Assembly: GCA_043228905.1 (NCBI GenBank)
Contig: JBHGNT010000011.1
Location: forward strand, 12,524,001-12,588,000
Origin: Azolla caroliniana
Lineage: Eukaryota > Plantae > Polypodiophyta
DNA: 64,000 bases
Reading direction: 5' to 3'
A model generated the notes under the pieces. The model was given only the letters and a program-made list of their open reading frames with translations. It did no database searches and had not been told where the DNA came from. A program made the translations under genes and the position numbers. Below, piece by piece: positions 36,019 through 48,333 of this stretch; the stretch's first letter is position 1, and each line of letters begins with the position of its first letter.

Positions 36019-39000
36019 GGCTGCTTCTTGCTACTCCAGGATATTGCTCCGCTGCCAAGGGAGAAAATAAATCCGGAGGTTGATCTTCTATCGGCTTTGT
36101 AGCCGGCCCAATCGGCGTCTGTGTACCCCTCGAGTCGTATTGGCATCGCGGTCTTGTAGAGGATGCCGCAATCCATTGTGCCGCTCACGTACCGTAGAAC
36201 TCGCTTAGCGCAATCCAAGTGAGTATCACACGGTGTTTGCATGAATTGGTTAAGGAGACCGACCGGATAACTGAGATCGGGTCGAGTGATCGTGAGGTAG
36301 ATGAGACTCCCGATGAGTTGCCGATACTGAGTCGGCTCACACGCTTTGGTGCCGGAGTTCGCATCCAGTTTGAGATTACGATCGAGCGGGGTTGCCACGG
36401 ATTTGCACTCAGCCATCCCGAACTTGTATAACAAGTTGAGGATGTAGTGCCGTTGAGAGATCATGATTCAGGCCAGAGTCCTAATTACCTCGATGCCGAA
36501 GAAGTAGTGGAGCTCCTTCATGTCCGTCATCTCGAACTTGTCGGAAAGGAGAGATTTGACCTTCTTGATTTCGACGAGATGCTCACCTCCAATGACTAGG
36601 TCATCCACATATAAAATGATGACGATCGGACTTGCGGAATCGCTTCGTATGTAGAGGGAGTTATCCGATTTTGACATACGGAAGCTGTTTGATGAAGATA
36701 TTGCGTTATCTTTGAATGCCAAGCACGCGGTGCTTGCTTGAGGCCGTAGAGTAGCTTCTTGAGTCGGCATACAACTTTTGGATGGGTGCTCGAGTTGAAG
36801 CCGGGTGGTTGTATCATGTGCACATCCTCTTCTAATTCACCTTGTAGAAAGGCGTTCTTGACGTCCATTTGATGGAGGTGCCACCCTTTCGCCGCGGCAA
36901 GCGCAATTACGGTCCGCACCGTTGTCATCTTTGCCACCGGGGCAAAGGTCTCTTCGTAGTCGACGCCATGCGTCTGAGCGTATCCTTTCGCTATGAGTCG
37001 AGCTTTGTAGCGGTTTACGGAGCCATCGGCGTTATACTTCACCTTGTAGATCCATCTGCATCCGATCGCCTTTTTGTGTGGTGAGGTGGGAACGAGATCC
37101 TACGTCTCGTTCTTCCGTAGTGCCTGCATCTCCTCGTTCATTGCTTCGATCCATCACGGGTCCTTTGCGGCTTCCGAAAAGGTTTCCGGCTCCTGTACTG
37201 TCGCTACCTTCATCATAAAGGCGTAATGGTATGCCATATAATCGTTGTAGCCGAATCTGCTTACGGGGTTCTTTTCACGGGTGGATCGGCGGAGTTTTTC
37301 ATTTGCAGAGATGAGGGCTTTCTTAGCTCTGATTGGTACCTCGAAACCGCCGAACTCACTGTCGAGTGAGTGAGTCGATTCATCGTCGTTGAAGCAATCG
37401 TCTTCATATTCCGCCATTTTCGCCTTGCCTTTGTCCATCTTCGGGCTAGGCCGTGATGTGCTTTGATCGCTCAAAGGCTCTTGTGGTCCGCTCAGTCGGG
37501 TCGTGATCGGACTTTCTTCGAACATGCACGTAAGGTGATCTTCATCCTCTATCTCTTGTTCGGTGGATTCCGGGTCGAGCGGGGTCGGAGTCGAAGTTGT
37601 CTTTGGTGCATACCAGGATGCGGACTCATCAAAGATGACGTCTCGACTTACCCAAGATTTTCGAGTTGAGGTGTCGAGTGAGTATCCTACGAGGATACAT
37701 TTCTCTGACTTCGGGTCGAGCTTTTGACGCTTCTCGTCGGGGATGTGCACGTACGCAATGGAATCGAATATCCGAACATGTGATAGGTTCGGCTTCTTTC
37801 CGAAGAATCTTTCGTGCGGAGTGACCTCGTGCACGCCAGATGTTGTGCACCGGTTCATTAGGTAGACGGCCGTATTTGCCGCTTCGGCCCAATATGACTT
37901 GGGATATGCTTCTTGTTCATCATGGCCTGTGCTACTTCGAGGATGTGCCGATTTTTGCGCTTGGCTACTCTGTTTCGTTGCGGAGTGTGTCGGCAAGTGA
38001 ATTCTCGCCGAATTCCTTCCTTTCGGAGATACGCTGTGAAATCGTCTGAGAAATACTCCTTGCCGCCATCCAATCGAAGGCATCGTACATGTCGGCCCGT
38101 GGCTTTCTTGACTTCATTCTTGAAATTTTGGAAGTGTCTGAACACTTCGCTCTTTTGCCGCATCGGGTAGATCCAAGTGTGCCTAGAAAAGTCGTCGATG
38201 AAGAGCACGTAATAGCGGCATCCGCCGAATGTCGCCGTTTGAGCCGGACCCCATACATCGGAATGAATTACGTCGAGTACGCCTTTGCTCACATTCCGCT
38301 CCTTCGGAAATGGGTGTCGGTGTTGCTTGCCGAATTGGCACGCTTCACATACACCTTCAATCTCCTTCTCTTTGAATGTCGGGAGTCCGATGATGACTCC
38401 TTTCGATTTCATTGCTTTGAGTTTGTTGAGATTGATGTGACCGATTCGCTTATGCCATAGCTCTATGTCGGAGTCGGCTTTCGTGCTTTTCGCAAACATG
38501 GCGGATTTCATCTCGTGCGAATCGAGAATGAACATCCGTCCCTCTCTTCTTCCACATGCGATGATTCGGCCTTCTTTTTCGATGAAGCACCCTTCTTGGT
38601 TGAATCGTACTTGCATCCCTTGCTCAACCATTTGGCCGACCGAGACCAAATTCTTTCTAATGGTGGGTACATGCAAGACATTTTTAATGTATGTTTGCTT
38701 ACCTCTTTTGCCGAACGGAACGTTGCCGATGTGCCGAATCGGGTGCGTAGTGTCATCTCCAGTTTCGACATAACCGGGTCGCTCCGGCTCTCGAAGTTCG
38801 AGAAACCATTCTTTGTGGGATGTCATATGGTTTGAGGCTCCGGAGTTAACAAACCATACGTCCTCCGGATTGAGGGCACTAGTTGAGGTAGAGGCCGACA
38901 TAGACTTTGCTCTATGTTTCATCATGAACATTCCGCCACGGTCGGAGTTGTATGTGTACATTCCGCCACGATCCTCGTAGTCGGAATTGTGCCCTTACAT

Positions 39001-39585
39001 TCCGCTATACTCTTCGTAGTTGGAATTGTGCGCGTAATTCATGAGTTGACGGCTTGTGGAAGCCGATTCACGCATCTTCTTTCGGCACTCTTCTTCGTGG
39101 TGGCCAAGCTTTCCGCAATATCCGCATTCGGTTGTGTTTTGACGGCTCGGGCCGGAGTGGAAGCTCCCCCTTCTTGCGAAGGTTCCTTGTTGGCCTCCGT
39201 TTTGCGGCCGAAATTGGGAGTTGTTGTCGTAGGTCGGACCTCGTTCGCCTTGTCCTTGGTCGAATCGGCCTCTCGCTCGTCCGCGTCCTCTTCCTCCATT
39301 AGAGTGCGTGTAGAGCATGTGGCCTTCCGCCTCATTGCTCCTTGTATGCACGTGGTTTTCTTCGATCAATAGCATTGATTGGAGCTCGAAGAAGGAGGGA
39401 GATTTCTCCCGTGCTAGAACGGCGGTTCGCATCGCGCCGAACCGTGGCGCGAGGCCGCCGAGGCATATTTGCACCATCTCATCATCATCTATACTTACGC
39501 TTATTGAGCCGAGCGAGTCGCAAAGCTCCTTGATCTTCAAGGTGTATGTCGTGATGGACATGTCCCTTTGTTGAATGTTGTTCAA

Positions 39586-42500
39586 TGTTAGGATTTGACG
39601 CTTTCAAATCCTACACCTCTCGGCCACAACCGAGGAAACACGGATCAATGCAGCAGTAAATCGAAAACACAGAGAGAGACTCGAATTCACAGGGTTTAGC
39701 GTGGAAAACCCTAGACGGGAAAAACCACGGGAGTGCAAGACTCCAACTATCACTATGCGCAGGGAATGTACAATGGCGAGCTGCAAGGCGACGACCTTGA
39801 GCTCGCAGTCCTCGCCACAGGCGGCGATATTACACAGAGGCATCGACCTCTTCCTTTCTCTCTCCCTCTCTCTCTCTCTCTCGGCTGCTCTCACTTCGCT
39901 CCCTCTTGGAAAACAGAAAAATAAGCAACAACAACAAAACTATTTGCCCTAAGTCATATTTATACACATATGACTTTCGGGCTATTTACAAATACAGCCT
40001 CAAGGGCCCTTGGCAAACATATTCACTAATATGTCCCCGCATCCGGATCTCTCTCCGGGTACATTCGTCATCCGGCTCCGTAGTCGGGGTCTTCATCATC
40101 CGGCTCCGTAGCCGGGGTCTTCATCATCCGGCTCCGTAGCCGGGGTCTTCATCATCCGGCTCCGATACCGGGTCTTCATTCCCGATTCCCGGACATCCGA
40201 TCATCCCATCCGGAGGGACCGTAATCCCAACAAACTCCCCCTTCACTTCGGCATGGGATGTCTTTCCAGTCCGACCCTCTTCCGGCACGCTTCCAGCTTG
40301 TCGGGTGTGAGCACTTTGGTCAGCATATCTGACCCGTTCTCGTCCGTGTGGATCTTCGTCAGCACGAACTCCTGGTCTTCTATCCTTTCCCGGATCCAGT
40401 GATATCTTCGCTGGATGTGCTTCGTCCGGGAGTGATAGGCCGCGTTCTTGGCAAGGTGGATGGCACTCTGACTGTCGCAGTAGAGTCGGTACTCCTCCTG
40501 CCGGATACCGAGCTCTCTAATGAAGTCCTTCATCCATATCATTTCTTTGCCGGCTTCAACAGCCGCCATGTACTCCGCCTCCGTGGTTGACAACGCAACC
40601 GTCTTCTGCAGCCTCGACTGCCACGAAACAGCTCCTCCTGCATACGTCATCACATACCCTGATGTGGACCGGCTGGTATCTGCATCAGCCGACATATCCG
40701 AATCGGTAAAGCCGTCGAGTTCGGGCTTACCGGAGCCGAATCGGAGGCACACGTTTGCCGTGCCCTTCAGGTATCGGAGTATCCACTTGGCCACGTTCCA
40801 GTGCTCTTTGCCGGGATTGCTCATGTACCGGCTCACCACTCCGACTGCATATCCTATGTCCGGTCTTGTACACACCATTGCGTACATCAAGCTTCCGACG
40901 GCAGAGGCATATGGTACTTTCATCATGTCCTCCTTCTCAGCCTTTGTCTTGGGGCTTTGCTTGCTGGACAACTTGTAGTTTGCGGGAGGGTTGACCCGAC
41001 CGGTCTTGCTTCCGACATGTTGAACCGGTGAAGCACCTTTGTCACGTACTTCTCCTGTGACAGCCACAACTGCTTCTTCTTCAGGTCTCGGATGATGTGC
41101 ATCCCTAGTATTTGCCTCGCCGGACCCAGGTCCTTCATTGAGAAGGTTCGGTGAAGTGCTTTCTTCAGCATCCGTATCTTGCCCTGGTCCCGTCCGACGA
41201 TCAACATGTCGTCCACGTACAGGAGGAGTATTAGAAAGTCTCCTCCGTCGAACTTCTTCACAAACACGCAGTGATCGGACTGCGTTTTGTGGTACCCTTC
41301 GTCGGTCATGAAAGAGTCGAACTTCCGGTACCATTGCCAGGGAGCCTGCTTCAGTCCGTAAAGGCTCTTCTTCAACCGGCATACCAGGTGCTCCTTCCCT
41401 TTCTTCTCGAATCCTTCCGGTTGCTGCATGTAGATCTCTTCTTCGAGGTCACCGTGAAGGAATGCCGTCTTCACGTCCATTTGTACTACCTCGAGGTCCA
41501 TGCTTGCCGCTATGCTCAGCACCGTCCGGATGGAGGTCATCTTCACTACCGGGGAAAATATCTCGTCGAAGTCGACGCCCTTCTTCTGCTGGAACCCCTT
41601 CACCACGATCCTGGCTTTGTATCTCGGGGGGTTTCCGGCATCTCCCGGTTTCAGCTTGAACACCCACTTGTTTCGAAGTGCCCGCTTTCCTTTCGGCAAC
41701 TCCACAAGTTCATATGTGTGGTTCTCATGCAGGGAATCCATCTCCTCCTGCATGGCACTTAACCACCTGCGGCTATGGGTGTCGAGCTTTGCTTCTTCAA
41801 AGCTCTCCGGCTCCCCTTCGTCGGTTAGCAGCACGTGCTCTGGTTCCGGAAATCTCCGGGGGGCCCTTCTCTCTCTTAGAGGATATCTCCGTTCCGGAGC
41901 TTCGGGAACCGGCTCCTCCGTTTCCTCTTCATCCGAATCCATTTCGGGATCGGGGCCGGTTCCAGTATCAGTTTCGTCTTCCTCGGCCGGTTCTGTTTCT
42001 TCACCGTCTTCGGCCGGATCCTCGAGTGCTAACCGGTCCCTTGCCGGTCGGGACTGCTCCTCGTAGAGTTGATCCTCACCGGTCGACTTGGAGCTCTTCA
42101 TCTTCTTCTCCGACTCCCAGTCGGCGAGTGTCTTGTCCTCCATGAAGATGATATCACGACTCCGGAATATCTTTTTGTCGACCGGGTCCCATACTCGGTA
42201 GCTGAACTCGTCATCGCCGTAACCGAGGAATATGCATGGCCGGGTCTTTGGATCTAGCTTTCCTCTCCGGTCCTTTGCCACATGCACATATGCGAGACAC
42301 CCGAACACCTTCAGATGCCGGTAGGATACTTCCCTACCGGTCCACACTCTCTGCTGCGTGTCTCCGTCCAAAGGTACTGAGGGTGATCTGTTTATCACGT
42401 ATGTCGCCGTCGACATTGCCTCAGCCCAAAACCCCTTGGGTAATTTCGCATGCGCCAGCATACTCCGGACCCTCTCCATTATGGTCCGGTTCATCCTCTC

Positions 42501-44918
42501 GGCCAGCCCGTTCAGTTCCGGCGTCTTCGGCACAGTAAACTCGAGCTGGATTCCCTTTGAGCGACAATACTCCTCGAACTTCCCCCGGTATTCCCCTCCG
42601 TTATCCGCTCGTATCGCTTTCAGCTTCTTGCCGGATTCCCTTTCCACTCTCGCGTGGAGTTCTTTGAAGACGCACAACACTTGGTCCTTTGTCTTCAACG
42701 GTGCCGTCCACAGCTTCCGGCTGTGGTCATCAATGAATGTCACGAAGTACTGGGCTCCGCCATGTGACTTCGTTTCTACTTGACACACGTCAGTGTGCAC
42801 CAACTCCAATGGTGCGCTACGTCTCGTCGGTGGCCTTGAGTGGAAGGAGGTTCGGTTCTGCTTACCGGCCAGGCAATCGGTGCACTTCTCCAGGTGCACA
42901 TGCTTCACTGGAATAAGGTTGTCTTCTGCAAGCCTCTTCATCCCCTTCTCTTGTGCCACAGCTCACCGGCAGTGTCGTCTTCCACGTTTAACTCCTCCGG
43001 ACACAACCAGGCACTCATAAGGTACAGTGTGTTGACTGTCCGGGCCCGAGCCACTATGAGGCTCCCCTTGCTGAACTTCATTACGCCGTTCCGGATGCTA
43101 CCTGTGTAGCCTTCATCGTCTAGCCTCCCGGCCGAAATCAGGTTCAATCGAACCTCCGGAACGTGTCGGACATCCTTCAGCAACATTTTGCATCCGGTCG
43201 AGGTTGTCAACCACACGTCTCCTATGCCGGCAATCCGGCACGTACCTTCATTTCCCATCCGAACACAGCCATGCTCACCGGCTGTGTAGGATGAGAAGTA
43301 TCTTCTTTCCGGGGTCAGGTGGAACGACGCTCCGGAATCGACCACCCAGGTAGTCTCATCGCCGGCAATGTTTAGTTCACCTTCTTCAGTAATGAGCATG
43401 ATCTCCTCTTCACTTGCCGCGAGTGCCGTCGTTCCTTTCCGGTCCTACCCTCGCCGATCCGAACCATTCCGGTCCGTGGCTCCCCGGTAAGCACCGTTCC
43501 GTTCCGAAGACTTCTTCGAATCGGTGTCGTCGGCTCCGTTGTCTTTTCGGTAATGCCGACAATTCTTTCGGAAGTGCCCCGGCTTCCCACAGTGGAAGCA
43601 TGTGGGCCTTCCTCTTGACTGCGACCGGGTCCCCGACTTCTCCCGTCTTTGCGGACTCTGGTTCCGTTGTCTTCCCCGATCCGATTCGGTAAGCAGCATC
43701 TTCGGATCGGAGGCCGGTTCTTTATCTCTCTGACGCGCTTCTTCGTTCAAAATGCTTGTCTTTACCGTTTGTAGGGACAAGTTATCTTCGGTGCAGGAGG
43801 TGCTGAGAGTCACCACCAAGTTCTCCCAGCTTTCCGGCAATGTACACATCAGGATGATGGCTTGCATTGCATCCTCCAACGGGAACTTGATCGCCGCAAG
43901 CTGGTTCACGAATCCCATGAACGTGCTTACGTGTTCCACCATACTCTCGCCGTCCCGGTACTTGAGGTTCACTATCTTCCTCATCAGGGAGGTCCGGTTC
44001 AACCCATTCTTCCTCTCGTAGAGGCCCGACAGCTTCCGCCACATCTCATATGCGTTGGTGTCGTTCGCCACATGTTGTAGAACGCTCACGTCGATGTATT
44101 GCCGAATGGTTGCAACGGCTTTCCGGTTCAGAAGCCTCCATTCCGTCTCAAGTACCCCCTTGGGTATTTCCGACCTGTCAATCGGTTCATACAGGTCCCG
44201 AACAATGAGCAGATCCTCCATCTTTATCTTCCAGTCGGCGTAGTTCTGCGCATTCAGCACCATCATCCCCGGCTGCCCGCTGTTGCCGCCTTCCATTTTC
44301 TGCACTGCAGTCGCTCTTATACCAGATTGTTAGGATTTGACGCTTTCAAATCCTACACCTCTCGGCCACAACCGAGGAAACACGGATCAATGCAGCAGTA
44401 AATCGAAAACACAGAGAGAGACTCGAATGCACAGGGTTTAGCGTGGAAAACCCTAGACGGGAAAAACCACGGGAGTGCAAGACTCCAACTATCACTATAC
44501 GCAGGGAATGTACAATGGCGAGCTGCAAGGCGACGACCTTGAGCTCGCAGTCCTCGCCACAGGCGGCGGTATTACACAGAGGCGTCGACCTCTTCCTTTC
44601 TCTCTCCCTCTCTCTCTCTCTCTCGGCTGCTCTCACTTCGCTCCCTCTTGGAAAACAGAAAAATAAGCAACAACAACAAAACTATTTGCCCTAAGTCATA
44701 TTTATACACATATGACTTTCGGGCTATTTACAAATACAGCCTCAAGGGCCCTTGGCAAACATATTCACTAATATGTCCCCGCATCCGGATCTCTCTCCGG
44801 GTACATTCGTCATCCGGCTCCGTAGCCGGGGTCTTCATCATCCGGCTCTGATACCGGGTCTTCATTCCCGATTCCCGGACATCCGATCATCCCATCCGGA
44901 GGGACCGTAATCCCAACA
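39586..44918 (-). mobile_element. E7: full-length copia of the E2/E6 family, disrupted by a TAG at 43445, a short deletion at ~42950 and a frameshift at ~40985
   Basis: LTRs 39586-40232 (3') and 44328-44918 (5'), TSD TTCAA (39581-39585, 44919-44923), PBS with one mismatch at 44313-44324. Confidence 0.95.
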
Positions 44919-47128
44919 TTCAACTCTTGGCGGAGTTGAAGCTTCCTCGCGGTCGTCTTGGTGGCGAAAATCTTTCGTAGATTTTCCCACGCTTCCTTCG
45001 GCGTCTTGGCTTCTCGAATGTAACCGAGCATGTGGTCGTGAACACATGTCACCAAACAATACATCACGCGGCTTGCGGCTTGCTCCCATGTCGCGTATCC
45101 GGGAGCCGCTTCGGCGGTTCAGTCTTCATGCACTCCTTTGATGTAGCTCCAATAGCCTTGTCCGACAAGGTATTGGTGCATCTTGTACTCCCAAGATGCG
45201 AAGTTGTTTCGATCCAACTTCTCGGTAGGGAGAGCGCTCCCCATTTGAGTATTCATTATGTTGATTCTTCTTCTTCTTCTTCTCTCTTCGAATGTGAGCT
45301 ATGTAGCGAAGCTACGATAGCGATGAGCCGGTTCTTGGTCGTCGGCGTAGAGCACAACACACGATCACGATGAGGCGAATGGGCTAGATCGAGCTACCAA
45401 ATCGCTCTGATACCATGTAAAGAATCAAGAGATTGATTCTTGTGAAGCGGAAGTGATATGAGTTATGTGTGTGTATATGAGAGAGAGAGAGAGTGAGTGA
45501 GAGAGATAAGGAATACGCAAGGTAAAGGTATATTGACAAAGGAGAAAGACTCAACCTTATACAAGGTGGGAGGAGGGTGCTTTATGTAGTCACCCTCTCT
45601 CTTCATTAACTACAAGGCTCATGGAGCATTGGGAATGTGAAAGCTCATAAGTTATGTGTCATAGAATATGATTCTATGACTCATACTAAATGCTAGAATA
45701 CAAAGTGGTGACATAATGGTGACTCTTGACCGTTGAGGTGTCTCTTCACTCTCAGGGTGAGTTCACACACTAGACCAAGTTGAGCTTGATTCTCAACAGA
45801 GTGCATGGGCTAACTCCATACGAGCTCCTCGTCGCAAGGAAGCTGATCCTATCGCACCTCAAGGTGTTCGGAAGCATTGCAAATGTACACATCCTGAACG
45901 AAAGCTGACAGAAGCCCGACACGAAGTCGGAGGAATATATCCTCATAGGATACTCGTCTAAGAAGAAGGCATACAAGTGCTACAACCCTTCTACCCGAGC
46001 GGTTCGGGTAAGTCGAGACGTAGTCTTTGACGAGTCCGCATCCTGGTAGGCACCAGAGACAACTTTGACTCTGACTCCGCTTGACCTGGAATCTGCCGAA
46101 CAAGAGGTAGAAGATGGAGATCGCTTCGAACACATGTTCGAAGAAAGTTCGATTACGGCAAAGCCTAGTGGGCCACAAGATCCCCCATGCGACCCAAGCA
46201 TGTTGCGGCCAAGTACGAACTTGGAGAAATGCAAAGGTAAGATGCCCGAACACGAAGTTAACCACCCCGACGAAAATGATTCGGATGGATCGGCTCCCTC
46301 ACTAGACAGTGAGTTTGGTGTACCCATCATGCGTACACCTGGAGTAAAGAAGGCGCTCACATTGGCGAGCGAAAAACTTCGACGCTCTTCTAGAGAGAAG
46401 AATCCCGTCACTCGGCTTGGTTACAACGAGTATATGACCCATCATTACGCGTTTGCGATGAAGGTAGCGGTCGAGCAAGAGCCCAAGAGCTCTACTGAAG
46501 CGGCTCGTAACCCACGATGGGTGGAAGTAGTCGACCTTCACCCACACGCTACAAGCCTTCGTCTCCGGCTTGAGGGGGAGGAACTGAGATTGCTACGACA
46601 AAGAAAGCCGAAGGCCGGACGGAAGCACACGAAACCGACAAAAGCCAAAGCGGATGTCGGGCGCCTCACACTTGAGCTTGAGGGGGCATGTTGAGAGATC
46701 AAGCTCAACTTAGTTTAGTTAGTTAGTCAACCATATAACTTTGTAGTTACCTAGATAGCATCTAGTTAGAAGTGTTGACTATAACGCCTTAAATAGGACC
46801 ATGTACTTAAGCGGGATATTCTAGATCCTCCACTCCTAAGTACATTTAATATAGGACATACACATTAGTACCTTTGCACATGAGATGTATATATATACCT
46901 CATTGTGCATATTTTTGTATTTGATGATGTTTTATTATATACACTCTAGTTTACTCATCCCCCATCTTGTGTTGTTCATAAGTCTCTCTCTCTCTCTCTT
47001 CCTCTCATACACATACACACACATATCACATAATCTTTCGCTTATTAACTAATCACATAATTAGGTACTAATTAATCCTTGCTTAATTACTTACCTAGTT
47101 CTTAACACTCCCCTAAAAAATTTGTGAA

Positions 47129-48333
47129 GTAAATGGCACTTGCAAGGTTCAATTACCATCAACACAATTATTAATGTTTTTTTTAATCAAGGAAGCACAT
47201 GTTCACCATAAGGTATCTTGTTGTGCAACATACTTCTTTACATTATCAATATGCATCTTTCACTCTTGTAGAACAGAGATTTTAGTACAATTCTAGTTCA
47301 TGATTAAAAACCCTGTTTTATTTTGAAAAAGAAGAACATTTCTAAACATGAACTCGATACATTCCGTATGTTTTCATCACAATTCCGTATGATGTATCAA
47401 ATTCATGTTCAAAGTTTTTTTCCCCGGATTTTAAAAATAAAAAAATCGAGCTTGAGTTAATGAATAAACTAGATTTTTCACCACAATTCAAACAATGTAT
47501 CAAGTTCATGTTTAAAGTAATTTGTTTTAATTTTTTTCAATTTGTTTTCTTTTATTTATTTTATTTTATTTTTATTATTATTTGGAAAAAAAACTTTAAA
47601 CATAAATTCGATACATTTTACTGACTCATGATTAAAACTCTGGTTTTTTCATCACTTCAAACTCAAAATGTTTTTTTGTTATAAAGAAAAACAAAATAAC
47701 CAAAATAAATAGAAAGAAAAACAAAATTTAAAAAAAATATTTAACATGAACTCAATACATTGTAATGTATCGAGTTCCTGTTTAAAGTTTTTTTAAAAGA
47801 ATTGACTTTTTTGTTTTAAAAAAATATTTTGAGCTTGAAGTAATGAAATAACCAGAGTTTTCATCACAAGTCGATACAATATATCGAATTCATGTTTAAA
47901 GTTTTTTTTCCCAAAAAATAATACAAACAATTTGAAAAGAAATTAAAACAAAAAAAAAATTACTTTAAACATGAACTCGATATAATGTGTTGAATTGTGG
48001 TGAAAAATCTGGTTTTTTCATCAACTCAAGCTCTAGTTTTTTATTTTTTTATTTTTTTAAATCTGGGAAAAAAAACTTTGAACATGAATTTGATACATTG
48101 TATCGAGTTCATGTTTATAAATCTTCTTTTTTTTCAAATGAAAGAGGTTTTTTAGACATGAACTCGAATTGTACTAAAATCTCTGTTTTTACAAGAGGAA
48201 AAGATGCATATCAATACTGCAAAGAAGTATGTTGCACAACAAGATACCTTATGGTGAATATGTGCTTCATTGATTAACAAAAAACCATGAATAACTGTGT
48301 TGATGGTAATTGAACCTTGCAAATGCCATTTAC
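47129..48333. repeat. ~1.2-kb imperfect palindrome (foldback) inside DNA transposon copy A
   Basis: GTAAATGGCACTTGCAAGGTTCAATTACCATCAACACA... at 47129 is inverted at ...TGTGTTGATGGTAATTGAACCTTGCAAATGCCATTTAC ending 48333. The centre is near 47762. Confidence 0.9.

Larger units (their letters stand above)
29571..45798 (-). mobile_element. E5: full-length disrupted copia element, hosting E6 and E7
   Basis: LTRs 29571-29953 and 45416-45798, TSD GAGTG (29566-29570, 45799-45803), PBS 45404-45415. Gag-PR-IN-RT-RH fragments lie at 44920-45260, 36020-39585 and 30230-30586. Confidence 0.93.
26898..47107 (+). mobile_element. E4: copia element with RT/RNase H deleted, hosting E5
   Basis: LTRs 26898-27353 and 46689-47107, TSD CTCCC (26893-26897, 47108-47112), PBS 27354-27364. 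Gag starts at 27522; PR and IN are frameshifted. Confidence 0.93.
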
